This document shows positions 29,958-40,143 of a stretch of DNA of 64,000 bases, in pieces. The DNA is from an archaeon GW2011_AR15 (lineage in GTDB: Archaea > Nanobdellota > Nanobdellia > Woesearchaeales > GW2011-AR15). The stretch spans positions 992,001 to 1,056,000 of the forward strand of contig CP010425.1 of NCBI GenBank assembly GCA_000830295.1, in the 5' to 3' direction. Position numbers and translations under genes: made by a program. The notes beneath the pieces are model-generated. The model saw nothing but the letters and a program-made list of their open reading frames with translations, ran no database searches and was not told the origin of the DNA. Every line of letters starts with the position of its first letter. Positions within the stretch are counted from its first letter, which is position 1.

Positions 29958-30485
29958 GTGTTTGAAATGGATTTGAAATCTTATATTAGGGAAGTGCCGG
30001 ATTACCCGAAGCCGGGGATATTATTTTATGACATTACTACTCTACTCAGCAACGCGGATGCATTCAGGGAAAGCGTTGACAGGATGTATGAGCTTGTAAA
30101 AGATTACAGGATTGACAAAGTTGTCGGCATTGAGAGCAGGGGATATATTTTTGGAGCGCCACTGGCACTCAAACTTAATGCTTCTTTTGTCCCAATAAGA
30201 AAGCCAGGAAAGCTTCCAAGCAAAATAATCTCAGAATCCTACAGTCTGGAATACGGCACAAGCACGCTTGAAATGCATGAGGATGCAATAAAAGCAGGGG
30301 AAAATGTGCTTCTTGTTGACGACCTGTTTGCAACAGGGGGAACAACAGTAGCCGCAAAAACCCTTGTTGAAAAACTAAAAGGAAACGTAGCCGCGATTGT
30401 TTACCTTATAGAGCTTGATTTCCTTAACGGCAGAAAAAAACTGGAGGGCTACAACGTACACAGCGTGCTGCATTATGATAAATGA
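29958..30485 (+). CDS. apt: adenine phosphoribosyltransferase
   Basis: PKPGILFYDIT, RKPGKLP, LEYG, VDDLFATGGT. Confidence 0.96.
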   Translation: MFEMDLKSYIREVPDYPKPGILFYDITTLLSNADAFRESVDRMYELVKDYRIDKVVGIESRGYIFGAPLALKLNASFVPIRKPGKLPSKIISESYSLEYGTSTLEMHEDAIKAGENVLLVDDLFATGGTTVAAKTLVEKLKGNVAAIVYLIELDFLNGRKKLEGYNVHSVLHYDK

Positions 30486-31348
30486 TACCTGAAATCAAGC
30501 TAAAGAGCGGGGTTAAAATACCGCAGATAGGACTTGGAACATGGCAGCTTGCAGGCCAGACATGCGGGAATGCAGTGAAATCAGCCCTTAAGCTGGGATA
30601 CAGGCATATAGATACAGCAGAAATTTACGGAAACCAGAGGGAAATAGGAAAGGCAATAAAGGGATTCCCGAGAAAAGAGCTTTTTATAACATCGAAAGTC
30701 TGGCATGGCAATTTAAGGTATAATGATGTTTTGAAGGCATATGAGAACACAATAAGCGAGCTTCAGACAGACTACCTGGATCTTTATCTCATACACTGGC
30801 CCAACAGGAGGATTCCTATCAGCGAAACATTCAGGGCGCTGAAGAAGCTTTATGATGAAAAAAAGGTAAGGGCAGTCGGCATAAGCAATTTTACAATAGC
30901 GCACATAGAAGAAGCCCTGAAGCATGCTGAAATCCCGCTCGTAGTAAACCAGGTTGAGTTCCACCCTTTTCTCTACCAGAAAGAGCTGCTTGATTACTGC
31001 ACCAAAAAAGGGATAAAGGTAACAGCATATTCGCCGATAGCAAGAGGAGCTGTTTTCAGAAACGATACAATAATCAGGATTGCTGAAAAATACAAAAAAA
31101 CAGCAGCGCAGGTTTCATTAAGATGGCTTCTTGAGCAGGATATGGTGGTAATTCCCAAAGCAAGCACAGAACAGCATCTGAAAGAGAATATGGATGTATT
31201 TGACTTTAAACTGAACGATGAAGATAGGAAAAAACTCGGCAACTTTGACCAGAAAAGGTTTGTTGACCCAATCTCAATAAGCGAATTTGACACTTCAATT
31301 ATAGATAAAGTTAATTCCACCTTCAATCATATTCTGCGTAGTAAATAA
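30482..31348 (+). CDS. aldo/keto reductase
   Basis: GLGTW, IDTAEIY, LYLIHWP, GISNF, IPK. Confidence 0.94.
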   Translation: MIPEIKLKSGVKIPQIGLGTWQLAGQTCGNAVKSALKLGYRHIDTAEIYGNQREIGKAIKGFPRKELFITSKVWHGNLRYNDVLKAYENTISELQTDYLDLYLIHWPNRRIPISETFRALKKLYDEKKVRAVGISNFTIAHIEEALKHAEIPLVVNQVEFHPFLYQKELLDYCTKKGIKVTAYSPIARGAVFRNDTIIRIAEKYKKTAAQVSLRWLLEQDMVVIPKASTEQHLKENMDVFDFKLNDEDRKKLGNFDQKRFVDPISISEFDTSIIDKVNSTFNHILRSK

Positions 31349-31384
31349 AAAAGTATATAAATAAGTATACTGATATACTCTTTT

Positions 31385-32374
31385 ATGTTATTAGTTAACC
31401 TAGCTGTATTCATAGTGGGATGTCTGATTTTAGTTAAAAGCAGCAGTGTTCTTGTCAAATCGCTGGCTAAAATAGCATCGTTCCTCAATCTTAATGAATT
31501 TACAATAGGATTCATAATTGTAGCTGTTGCCACCTCACTGCCTGAAACATTTATAGGGATAATGTCAGCTTTAGACGGGACTCCGGAGCTTTCAGCAGGA
31601 AACGTCATAGGTGCCAATGTACTGGACTTGACTCTTATTATCGGGATTGCAGTTCTTCTGGCAAAAAGAATAGATATAGAGAGCAAGATTGTAAAAAAAG
31701 ACATGATATTCATGCTTCTCCTGGCTTTTCTGCCTGTTGTGCTGATGATAGACCATTATTTCTGGAGCTGGATAGGATTATTCCCCGGCATGGTACCGGG
31801 AATTTCAAGGATGGATGGAGTGGTTCTGCTGGCGGTTTTTGTATATTATATATACAGGATGGTCAGGCAGGAGACAAGATTTTCAAAAACAGTTGACCAT
31901 ACAACTAAAAAAGAGCTCGCTAAGGATATGCTGCTGTTCCTTATAAGCATAGTTTTTATGCTTGGAAGCTCGCAGTTTGTTGTAGGCGCAGCAGAAAACC
32001 TTTCTATAGAGCTTAATCTCTCACCTCTGTTGATAGGCCTTTTCCTTGTATCTTTTGGAACTACTATGCCGGAGATGGTATTTACCTCCAAGGCTGCACT
32101 TGCCGGCCACACGAGCATGGCAGTAGGGGACCTGGTCGGCAGCATAATAACGAACTCCACTCTTGTCCTTGGAATGACCGCAATTATTACTCCTATCCAG
32201 CTCAACTCGCTGCTGTATGTCACAAGCACGCTGTTCATGCTGTTCAGCGCCTTTATTTTCTTCACTTTTGCTGAAAGCGACAACGGCATTACACTAAATG
32301 AAGGCCTGTCGCTGATAATGCTTTATGTTTTGTTCGTAATCATTGAGATGTACATAAAATACAACCTTCTATAA
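31385..32374 (+). CDS. sodium:calcium antiporter (CaCA)
   Basis: Alpha repeats ATSLPE and GTTMPE. Confidence 0.9.
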   Translation: MLLVNLAVFIVGCLILVKSSSVLVKSLAKIASFLNLNEFTIGFIIVAVATSLPETFIGIMSALDGTPELSAGNVIGANVLDLTLIIGIAVLLAKRIDIESKIVKKDMIFMLLLAFLPVVLMIDHYFWSWIGLFPGMVPGISRMDGVVLLAVFVYYIYRMVRQETRFSKTVDHTTKKELAKDMLLFLISIVFMLGSSQFVVGAAENLSIELNLSPLLIGLFLVSFGTTMPEMVFTSKAALAGHTSMAVGDLVGSIITNSTLVLGMTAIITPIQLNSLLYVTSTLFMLFSAFIFFTFAESDNGITLNEGLSLIMLYVLFVIIEMYIKYNLL

Positions 32375-32440
32375 TCCTAACTGGAGTTTTCAAAACATTT
32401 AAATTAGGGCACTTATTCTCTTGCAGCAAGGGGGATTTAT

Positions 32441-34051
32441 ATGGCTAAAGATGTTCAACCTATTTTTATATTGCCGGAAGGCACAAGAAGAAATTCGGGA
32501 AGGAATGCGCAGAGAAATAATATAATGGCTGCCAAGCTGGTGGCAGAAACAGTAAGGACTACATTGGGCCCGAAGGGCATGGACAAGATGCTTGTTGATT
32601 CTATGGGAGATGTTGTCGTCACCAATGACGGGGTTACCATACTGAAAGAGATGCATATTGAGCATCCTGCTGCAAAAATGATTGTTGAGGTTGCCAAGAC
32701 CCAGGAGGATGAAGTAGGAGATGGCACGACAACAGCTGTTGTGCTTGCAGGAGAGTTGCTCAAGAAAGCAGAAGACCTTCTTGACAAGGAAATCCACCCT
32801 ACTGTAATAGTCAAGGGATACAGGATGGCAGCTGAAAAGGCGCTTAAGCTGGTTGATGAGATAGCAAGGCCGATAACTGAAAAAGATACAGAGCTATTAT
32901 CAAAAATAGCCCAGACTGCAATGACAGGGAAAGGCGCAGAGGCAAGCAAAGAAAAGCTTTCAGGCATTACTGTCAGGGCAGTAAGGCAGGTTATGTCAGA
33001 GAACAGGAGAATAGATATTGAGGATATAAAAGTTGAGAAAAAAGAGGGTGCAAGCGTAGAGGATACTGAGCTTATCGAAGGGATAGTCCTTGACAAGGAA
33101 AGAGTCCATTCAGGCATGCCAGTGCAGGTAAAGAAGGCTAACATTCTTCTTATTGATTCAGCCCTTGAGATAAAGAATACAGAAACAGATGCAAAAATCC
33201 AGATAACAGACCCTAAGCAGATGCAGGCATTTATAGATATGGAGGAGAAGATGATTAAGGGGATGATAACCAAGCTGCTCAATTCAGGGGCAAATGCAGT
33301 CTTCTGCCAGAAGGGAATTGATGATCTGGCCCAGCATTTCCTTGCAAAGAACGGCGTCTATGCAGTAAGAAGAGTCAAAAAGAGCGATATGGAAAAGCTT
33401 GCAAAGGCAACAGGAGCAAGGATTGTGACAAACCTTGACGACCTTACAAAAAAGGACCTGGGATATGCAGCCCTTGTTGAAGAATCAAAAGTCGGCGATG
33501 AGAACATGACTTTTGTAAGGGACTGCAAGAATGCAAAAGCAGTAACTATCCTGGTCAGGGGAAGCACAGAGCATGTTGTTGAAGAAGCTGAAAGGGCAAT
33601 TGTGGATGCAATAGGCGACCTGGCAGCAGCCCTGAAGACAGGGAAAGTTGTTGCAGGCGCAGGGAGCGGAGAAATGGAGCTGAGCAAAAGGCTGCTTAAT
33701 TATTCTGAATCATTATCAGGAAGGGAGCAGCTTGCAGTCAGGGCATTTGCAGAGGCTCTTGAAGTAATACCAAGGACGCTTGCAGAAAATGCAGGGCTTG
33801 ACCCTATTGACACGCTTACAGAGCTGAAAAGCAGCCACGAGAAGAACAAGGTATGGGCAGGCATTGATGTCTTCACAGGAAAGGTCATTGATGCATGGGA
33901 AGCAGGAATCATAGAGCCTGCCAAGATAAAGACACAGGCTATCTCAAGCGCATCTGAGGTTGCCACTATGATATTGAGGATAGATGACGTGATTGCCTCA
34001 GGCAGCAGCCCAGAGCCTCCCAAGCCAGAGCCCGGCATGGACATGATGTAG
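32441..34051 (+). CDS. thermosome subunit (group II chaperonin)
   Basis: [22 protein letters not shown]. Confidence 0.97.
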   Translation: MAKDVQPIFILPEGTRRNSGRNAQRNNIMAAKLVAETVRTTLGPKGMDKMLVDSMGDVVVTNDGVTILKEMHIEHPAAKMIVEVAKTQEDEVGDGTTTAVVLAGELLKKAEDLLDKEIHPTVIVKGYRMAAEKALKLVDEIARPITEKDTELLSKIAQTAMTGKGAEASKEKLSGITVRAVRQVMSENRRIDIEDIKVEKKEGASVEDTELIEGIVLDKERVHSGMPVQVKKANILLIDSALEIKNTETDAKIQITDPKQMQAFIDMEEKMIKGMITKLLNSGANAVFCQKGIDDLAQHFLAKNGVYAVRRVKKSDMEKLAKATGARIVTNLDDLTKKDLGYAALVEESKVGDENMTFVRDCKNAKAVTILVRGSTEHVVEEAERAIVDAIGDLAAALKTGKVVAGAGSGEMELSKRLLNYSESLSGREQLAVRAFAEALEVIPRTLAENAGLDPIDTLTELKSSHEKNKVWAGIDVFTGKVIDAWEAGIIEPAKIKTQAISSASEVATMILRIDDVIASGSSPEPPKPEPGMDMM

Positions 34052-34086
34052 AAGCTTTTTTAAAATTCACTTCTTTTCTCTGTTGT

Positions 34087-34506
34087 ATGAGCTTCAAATA
34101 CTTTGACCATACAGCTGATGTGATGTTTGAAGGCTATGGAAAAACGCTGGAAGAGGCATTTGGAAGTGCAGCCCTTGCGATGTTCAACCTTCTTACAGAC
34201 ATAGAGAAAGTAAAGGCAGCGAAGAAATACAAGTTGGGGATTATAGCAGACACTAAAGAGAAGCTGCTTTTTGATTTCCTTGATGAGCTGCTGTTTTATC
34301 TTGATACAGAGCATATTATATTCAGCAAGTTCGAAGATATGAAAATAGCAAAGAAGAATAACTTATATTTCTTTGAATGCACTGCGTTGGGAGATCTGGC
34401 TTCCAATTACAGGACACACGGGGATGTAAAAGCCCCAACATACAACGAGATGCTGATTAAAGAGGAGAAAGGAAAGTTTTCAGTCAGGGTTGTTGTGGAC
34501 ATATAA
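34087..34506 (+). CDS. archease
   Basis: DHTADV, VKAPTY, C-terminal VVDI. Confidence 0.93.
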   Translation: MSFKYFDHTADVMFEGYGKTLEEAFGSAALAMFNLLTDIEKVKAAKKYKLGIIADTKEKLLFDFLDELLFYLDTEHIIFSKFEDMKIAKKNNLYFFECTALGDLASNYRTHGDVKAPTYNEMLIKEEKGKFSVRVVVDI

Positions 34507-34545
34507 TAGGAAGATTATTAAATAATTTTGTTTTATGCTCTTTAA

Positions 34546-35487
34546 ATGGTGCAGATTGTTATTTCTGAAGAAGGAATAAGGGAAATAGCTAGAGACCTGT
34601 ATGCTTCTGTAGAAGGCGACTTAAAGCAGGCGCTTTCTGACCTGAACAGGATAATAAAAGAAGATTTGACATCCATGCACAACCTTTATTTATCGCTGCA
34701 GACAGACTTAAGCCAGAAGCATGCGGATTTGGACAGGAAGATAAGCGAGTCGTATCGTGGAATCGGGGATATAGATAAGAGACTGCAGGTTAAAGATGCC
34801 CTGGAGTACTATATTGTGGTTTATGATTCCTATAGGGATTTCGGGAATTCCGAGCTGGCCTCTGTAGCTCCTGAAGATGTTATAGACGAACATATAAAAG
34901 GGGAAAAAGACCATATGCAGAAAAAGCTGGATGAGGCAAAATCAACAGGAGTTGACGGACAGCTAATAGATACTCTGCTGGAAAACATGAAATACAGGCA
35001 CCATGCAAAATATGCGCTGAAAACAATCCAGGAAATGTTCTGGACCAATAGAGAAACCCCTTTCCAGTCAACTGAGATAACACCTGAAATTTATGATAAG
35101 CTTATGGAGTCTTTAATAAATAATAAAGAGGCTGAGGAAATGTCCCTTTTCTACAGCCGCATACCATTCTATGGCGAGCTGGATACTGCTGTAAGGCTTG
35201 CTAATGAGATAGGGATTAACATGTCACAGCTAAAGTGGCTTGCAGAAAAGCACCACTGGCTCCATGATGCAAGGCAGTATGTGGTCCATGCAGGAGCAGC
35301 AGGAAAGGCTGAGGATGTGGGATATCTTAAAACAGCAATGTTCAGCGCCGGTGCAGCAGCAGGCCTGACTAAAGAGGAAGTGCTGATAAAGCCGATTAAG
35401 GCAGTTGAAGATATTGTTTTTAACACGTACCAGAGGGTAAAGCCGATGCTTGAGCTTCTTAAGCAGCTTGAGCCAAAACCAGCTTAA
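34546..35487 (+). CDS. hypothetical protein
   Basis: 313-aa helical ORF; no motif recognised. Confidence 0.7.
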   Translation: MVQIVISEEGIREIARDLYASVEGDLKQALSDLNRIIKEDLTSMHNLYLSLQTDLSQKHADLDRKISESYRGIGDIDKRLQVKDALEYYIVVYDSYRDFGNSELASVAPEDVIDEHIKGEKDHMQKKLDEAKSTGVDGQLIDTLLENMKYRHHAKYALKTIQEMFWTNRETPFQSTEITPEIYDKLMESLINNKEAEEMSLFYSRIPFYGELDTAVRLANEIGINMSQLKWLAEKHHWLHDARQYVVHAGAAGKAEDVGYLKTAMFSAGAAAGLTKEEVLIKPIKAVEDIVFNTYQRVKPMLELLKQLEPKPA

Positions 35488-35547
35488 TATATTTAAAACA
35501 TAAGTTTTATATATTCTGCCGGCGTAAATAGATACCTGATAAGAAGA

Positions 35548-35847
35548 ATGATTGAGCTTGGGGGTAATATTGAGCTTGTAGGCTTCAAGGAGATTGAAAC
35601 CCAGGAGCTGATAGTGCTAAAAAAAATAATCGGCTCATATGCAAGAAAATTCTCTGATAATATCAAGGACTATGAGAAATTAAGCATGCACCTGAAGCAT
35701 ATAGGCCCTGAAACGTCCAACAAATATGAAGTGAAGTCAATGCTGCTGGTGAAAGGCAAGCCGATAAATTCTGAGGTCACAGAAATAAATCTTTTTGTTG
35801 CAGTTGCAGAATCCCTTAAAAAATTAGAAGCGCAGGTAATGAAATAG
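35548..35847 (+). CDS. putative HPF/RaiA-like ribosome-binding protein
   Basis: Predicted beta-alpha-beta-beta-beta-alpha pattern; C-terminal NLFVAVAESLKKLEAQV resembles the HPF terminal helix. Confidence 0.55.
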   Translation: MIELGGNIELVGFKEIETQELIVLKKIIGSYARKFSDNIKDYEKLSMHLKHIGPETSNKYEVKSMLLVKGKPINSEVTEINLFVAVAESLKKLEAQVMK

Positions 35848-36297
35848 TTATTCTTCAGCTTTTTTAGCCGGTTTCTTAACTGCTGGTTTTCTGGCAGTTT
35901 TCTTCTTGGCAGGCTTTTCTTCTGCTTTCTTTTCTTCTTTTTCAGCAGCTATTGGTTCTTTTGGAACCTCTTTGCTCTCCTTTGTTTCCTTTTCTTTTTC
36001 TTTCTTTTCTTCAGTTTCCTTTTCAGGATACTTGTGCCCGAAAAGCTCTGCCTTCACAATGCCCTCATCATCTTTTACAAGAGTTATTTTTACATGATGA
36101 GGAGGGTTCTTTATCCCCCTTTCCCATATCTTCTCATTGAGAACCGGCCCTATTCTTATCTGGTCAGCTGAACATCTCATGTGCCTGGCAATAAATTCCT
36201 TTAGCGTAATTACTGCTTTTTTTGACTTTCTGTATCTTGGAGCCTTCTGGAATCCTTTCCTTAAGGGCACGTTGTATGTTCTTTCAAGCTTTGCCAT
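35848..36297 (-). CDS. rpl31e: 50S ribosomal protein L31e with K/E-rich tail
   Basis: ERTYNVPLR, FIARHM, LNEKIWERGIKNPP. Confidence 0.93.
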   Translation of the reverse strand: MAKLERTYNVPLRKGFQKAPRYRKSKKAVITLKEFIARHMRCSADQIRIGPVLNEKIWERGIKNPPHHVKITLVKDDEGIVKAELFGHKYPEKETEEKKEKEKETKESKEVPKEPIAAEKEEKKAEEKPAKKKTARKPAVKKPAKKAEE

Positions 36298-36305
36298 CTT
36301 TATCA

Positions 36306-36479
36306 CTATGGATTGATCCTGCTCCTTCTCCAACTTCTTTTAATATGAGTGTGCCTTCCGGGGTGTATTCTTCTTGTTTTCCCGTATATCTTTGGAACTG
36401 TCCAGAAAGGAGCCCATTTGCTCTGCTTCAGGCTCTTTGCAAGCCTTTTCTTCTTTGCCGGCTGCTTATATCTGGTCAT
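36306..36479 (-). CDS. rpl39e: 50S ribosomal protein L39e (not in ORF track)
   Basis: MTRYKQPAKKKRLAKSLKQSKWAPFW...KRSWRRSRINP, in the usual position between rps19e and rpl31e. Confidence 0.9.
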   Translation of the reverse strand: MTRYKQPAKKKRLAKSLKQSKWAPFWTVPKIYGKTRRIHPGRHTHIKRSWRRSRINP

Positions 36480-37107
36480 TTTCTTTTACCTTCTCTTCCT
36501 TTTTCTCTTCAGCCGTCTTTATTTCTTTTTTTTCAGCCTTTTTCTTCTCTGCTTTTGGCGTTTCTTCTTTTTTTTCTTCAGCTTTCTTTGTCTCTTTTTT
36601 CTCTTCCCGTGCAGGAAGGGTTGGCTCTTTTGGAACCTCAGTTTCTTTAACTATTTTCTCTGCTTTCGGCCTGGCTACGTAAGGCTTTTTTATCTTGACT
36701 GCAATCTTGTCAACAAAAGATATTCCTTTAGGTGTTATGGCCCTGCCCTTGTATGCCTTGACTTCAACCTGCTTGACAAAGCCGACAATCTCTAATTTCT
36801 GAAGAATTTTTCTTAAAATGTTTCCTGATGCCTTGAATGTCCTGTCCGGAGCAGTTCCCCTGTTTTTCCTGCTGCTGTATTTTGTCCTTAACTTTGAAAC
36901 ACCTATTGGGCCGTACTTGTAGACTGCCCTCAGCACTGCAGCAGATCTTATGAACCACCAGTTTGATTCAACCGGAGGCCTTTCTTTTGAGACTCCTGTC
37001 TTTACATATGCTGCCCATTCTGGCGGGCTCATCTCAGGCATCTTTTCAAGCTCAGCTGCCAGGGCCTCTATCAATTCCCTTGGCGGAACATCATATATGC
37101 TAACCAT
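36466..37107 (-). CDS. rps19e: 30S ribosomal protein S19e with K/E-rich tail
   Basis: PEWAAYVKTG..KERPP...WWFIRSAAVLR, GPIGVSKLR. Confidence 0.95.
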   Translation of the reverse strand: MVSIYDVPPRELIEALAAELEKMPEMSPPEWAAYVKTGVSKERPPVESNWWFIRSAAVLRAVYKYGPIGVSKLRTKYSSRKNRGTAPDRTFKASGNILRKILQKLEIVGFVKQVEVKAYKGRAITPKGISFVDKIAVKIKKPYVARPKAEKIVKETEVPKEPTLPAREEKKETKKAEEKKEETPKAEKKKAEKKEIKTAEEKKEEKVKENDQI

Positions 37108-37265
37108 TTTTCTTTTCTCCTATGTGGCTTTTCAGCCAGTTGTCGGGGAACACTTGTTCGCCGTAGACTCTTTAAACTATGCCAATGGAAAAAGAAGGGG
37201 TTTATAAATGTATTGGATTGCAAGTAAGCATAGTTTTAAATATAAAATAATTTTGAAAAGAAACT

Positions 37266-37613
37266 ATGAGTGAAGAAGGATTAACAATCGACAAACTATA
37301 TGAAATATATTCACCTGAAATTGCAGAAGGGGTTGAGATGTTGGTGGATTCCGGATATTTCTACCTTGGAGAAAGTTTACCGCTCCTAACAAGAACGGGT
37401 CTTATACGCTTAATGGATGCAGCTGTTCAATTAGGAAAAACATCCATGTCTTCAAAAGATAGTCGTGCTGGATTATACAAACAGGCCCTTGAAATGGGAA
37501 ATTTCTATGAGATACTGGAAGTTAGCGATTCAAATATGGAACTGATGGTGAACGCATTGGAACACGTTATTGATAATTATCCAGAAGGAGGATATGAAAT
37601 ACCATCACAATAA
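37266..37613 (+). CDS. hypothetical protein
   Basis: ORF with upstream tttaaata. Confidence 0.55.
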   Translation: MSEEGLTIDKLYEIYSPEIAEGVEMLVDSGYFYLGESLPLLTRTGLIRLMDAAVQLGKTSMSSKDSRAGLYKQALEMGNFYEILEVSDSNMELMVNALEHVIDNYPEGGYEIPSQ

Positions 37614-37618
37614 TAGTT

Positions 37619-39307
37619 CTACATCTCATCAGGCGCTTCTATGCCCAATAACCCAAGGCTGCTCCTGATGACTTCCCTGACGCAATACACCAGCAGCACT
37701 CTGGCTTTCTCAAGCTCCTTGTCATCCTGCAGTATCTGGTGCCTGTGGTAATATTCATTGAAAGCCTGGCTTAAATCCAGAACATGCCTTGTAACCATGC
37801 TCGGCTTATACTGCTCACCAGCCATCTTAACAATCTCAGGATAGCTCTTCAATAATTTAAGAAGGGCCTTGTCCTCATCTGTATTCAGAAGGGAATAATC
37901 AATCTTATCAGAAGGCTTTTTTTCGTATTTACCTAATATACTGGAACAGCGCGCATGAGTGTACTGCACATATGGTCCGGTCTCGCCGTCAAAAGACAGT
38001 GATTCTTTCGGATTGAAAACAAAGTCTTTCATTGCATCATATTTCAGTATAAAGAATTTTATTGCAGACATGCTTATTGCCTCTGCCCTCCTCTCAAGCT
38101 CTTTCCCGGATAATTTATGCCTCTTCTCTACTTCTTTTCTTGATTTCACGTTCATGTCATCAGCTAAATTATCAGCATCAACAACATTTCCCTCCCTTGA
38201 CTTCATCTTCCCTTCTGGAAGATAGACCATGCCGTAGGCAAGGTGATAGCAGTTCTCTGCAAACGGATAGTCCAGCAGCCTGAATATCTCAAACAATGAC
38301 TTGAAGTGGTGTATCTGCTCAGATGCAACCACATATATCATATTGTCCATTTTATAGTCTTCATACCTAAGCTTTGCAAGCGCGATGTCCTGCGTAATAT
38401 ATATAGAGGTGCCGTCTGCACGCAATACAATTTTCTTGCCGATGCTGTCATTCTCGAGCACAACATTTCCTTTCTCATCTTTTTTGAAAATGCCCTTTTC
38501 CAGGGCATCCAGCACAATATCCCTTCCTTTTGTATAGTGGTCGCTCTCATAGTATGCCTTGTCTATCTTTACGCCGAACCTTTTGTAAGTCTCAGCCATC
38601 CCCTCTATTGCCCACTTGTTCATCTTTTTCCATAATTTGCGGACTTCCTTATCGCCTTCCTCCCACTTCCTAAGCATATCCTGTATCTCCTGCTCGAATT
38701 CAGGGTGGCTTTTTGCCTCTAAATCATACTTCACATAGAAATCCCCAACAAAATGGTCCGGCTTCTTGTCAGGCTCTTTGTTTTTCCCGAATCTGTCATA
38801 GGCGAGCATGGACTTGCAGATATGGATTCCCCTGTCATTCACAATGTCAACCCTTATTGTATTATACCCGAGAAACCGGTATATGTTCACCAGGAAGTTG
38901 CCCAATACCATGTTCCTCACATGGCCAAGATGCAGCGGCTTGTTTGTGTTTGGGCCGGGGGATTCAATCATTATTTTTTCTTTTCTCTTTTTTCCGGCGC
39001 CATATCCCTCTTTCTCTTTATATATTTCAGCAAGCACATCCTCAGCCAGCAGGTCCTTTTTCACGAAGAAGTTTACATAAGGCCCTATTATTTTCACGCT
39101 GCCAATATACTTATCAGGGCTTATTTTCCCGCCAATCTCTTTTGCAATCTCGGCAGGAGATTTTCTCAGCTCTTTTGCAAGGGTGAAGCACGGCAGGGCA
39201 TAATCCCCCATATTCTCATCAGGCGGAATCTCAAGGACAGATTCATCAAGCTTCAGCCCGGAGGTTTTATTGACAATTCCAATAATGTGACTTCTAAAAT
39301 CTGCCAT
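37619..39307 (-). CDS. argS: arginine--tRNA ligase
   Basis: PNTNKPLHLGH, KMKSREG, GETGPYVQY, C-terminal M. Confidence 0.96.
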   Translation of the reverse strand: MADFRSHIIGIVNKTSGLKLDESVLEIPPDENMGDYALPCFTLAKELRKSPAEIAKEIGGKISPDKYIGSVKIIGPYVNFFVKKDLLAEDVLAEIYKEKEGYGAGKKRKEKIMIESPGPNTNKPLHLGHVRNMVLGNFLVNIYRFLGYNTIRVDIVNDRGIHICKSMLAYDRFGKNKEPDKKPDHFVGDFYVKYDLEAKSHPEFEQEIQDMLRKWEEGDKEVRKLWKKMNKWAIEGMAETYKRFGVKIDKAYYESDHYTKGRDIVLDALEKGIFKKDEKGNVVLENDSIGKKIVLRADGTSIYITQDIALAKLRYEDYKMDNMIYVVASEQIHHFKSLFEIFRLLDYPFAENCYHLAYGMVYLPEGKMKSREGNVVDADNLADDMNVKSRKEVEKRHKLSGKELERRAEAISMSAIKFFILKYDAMKDFVFNPKESLSFDGETGPYVQYTHARCSSILGKYEKKPSDKIDYSLLNTDEDKALLKLLKSYPEIVKMAGEQYKPSMVTRHVLDLSQAFNEYYHRHQILQDDKELEKARVLLVYCVREVIRSSLGLLGIEAPDEM

Positions 39308-39390
39308 TTATCTTTAAGTAATCCAGACAGTTAAAAAAGTTTTTGGTATCAAAAGTTAATTTTAAATATAGATTAAATTTAGAGAAAGAT

Positions 39391-39771
39391 ATGGATATAA
39401 GCTTATTGGATAGACTTCTTTATCGCATTGACCCATATATTACACTTGAGAGAAGGTTTGTGGTTGAGGATCAGGTAAGAGAGACAGAAGCAGTGCTCAA
39501 CAGAAGCTTCAGGCACGATTTTTATTACCTCGATAATCTCAAAGATGATGTTATCACATATAATTTCCTGCCTATAAAAAACGATGCTGATATTCTTCTT
39601 GGGTTAAGAGAGGGAGACAGGGTAAAAGTCTTCTACAGCATAAAGGGCATTGCGGATTTTAATTACATCCCCCCTGATTTTAAAGAAAAGCACCAGTTAG
39701 AGGGCAGGATTTACGGCAGTGGGCTGGTAAGGCGGCTCGAGAAAATCCCGGAAAACGCTTCTATCCGCTGA
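39391..39771 (+). CDS. hypothetical protein
   Basis: ORF with ATG 39391 chosen after TATA. Confidence 0.5.
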   Translation: MDISLLDRLLYRIDPYITLERRFVVEDQVRETEAVLNRSFRHDFYYLDNLKDDVITYNFLPIKNDADILLGLREGDRVKVFYSIKGIADFNYIPPDFKEKHQLEGRIYGSGLVRRLEKIPENASIR

Positions 39772-39908
39772 AAACAGCAATCTTTATAAAGGGTGGAAAT
39801 TTCCAAACGCACATGTCCGGGGATTTTTCTGCTAGCGTCACGAATTTAGTCTAGCTGACGCCAATAAAACGCTAGAAAAATCTCTGCAAAACGACACTAA
39901 TAAGACAC

Positions 39909-40029
39909 GCCCAAGTAGTGTAGTCTGGCCTATCATAAAGCCCTGTCGAGCTTTGCGCGGAAAGGCTTTGACCCGGGTTCAAATATGTCCATAGTCAAAA
40001 GCTAAGCATTGAGTGTCCCGGCTTGGGCG
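39909..40029 (+). tRNA. tRNA-Asp(GUC) with introns at 37/38 (14 nt) and 59/60 (32 nt)
   Basis: Acceptor GCCCAAG/CTTGGGC; both introns form BHB motifs; splicing restores TTCAAAT. Confidence 0.9.
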
Positions 40030-40046
40030 TCTTATTATATTAAGAC

Positions 40047-40134
40047 GGGCCGGTAGCTCAGCTTGGTAGAGCACCTGACTTTTACCTTTAAGGGAGAAAT
40101 CAGGTGGTCGCGAGTTCGAATCTCGTCCGGCCCA
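40047..40134 (+). tRNA. tRNA-Lys(UUU) with 14-nt intron at 37/38
   Basis: Acceptor GGGCCGG/CCGGCCC, anticodon stem CCTGA/TCAGG, TTCGAAT. Confidence 0.93.
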
Positions 40135-40143
40135 TAAAAACAG

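Noticed and set aside
35848-36700. K/E-rich C-terminal tails on eL31 and eS19
   Set aside because: In-frame low-complexity extensions, also seen on the SlyD-like protein and RpoH here. They look like a genome-wide trait rather than a distinct system.
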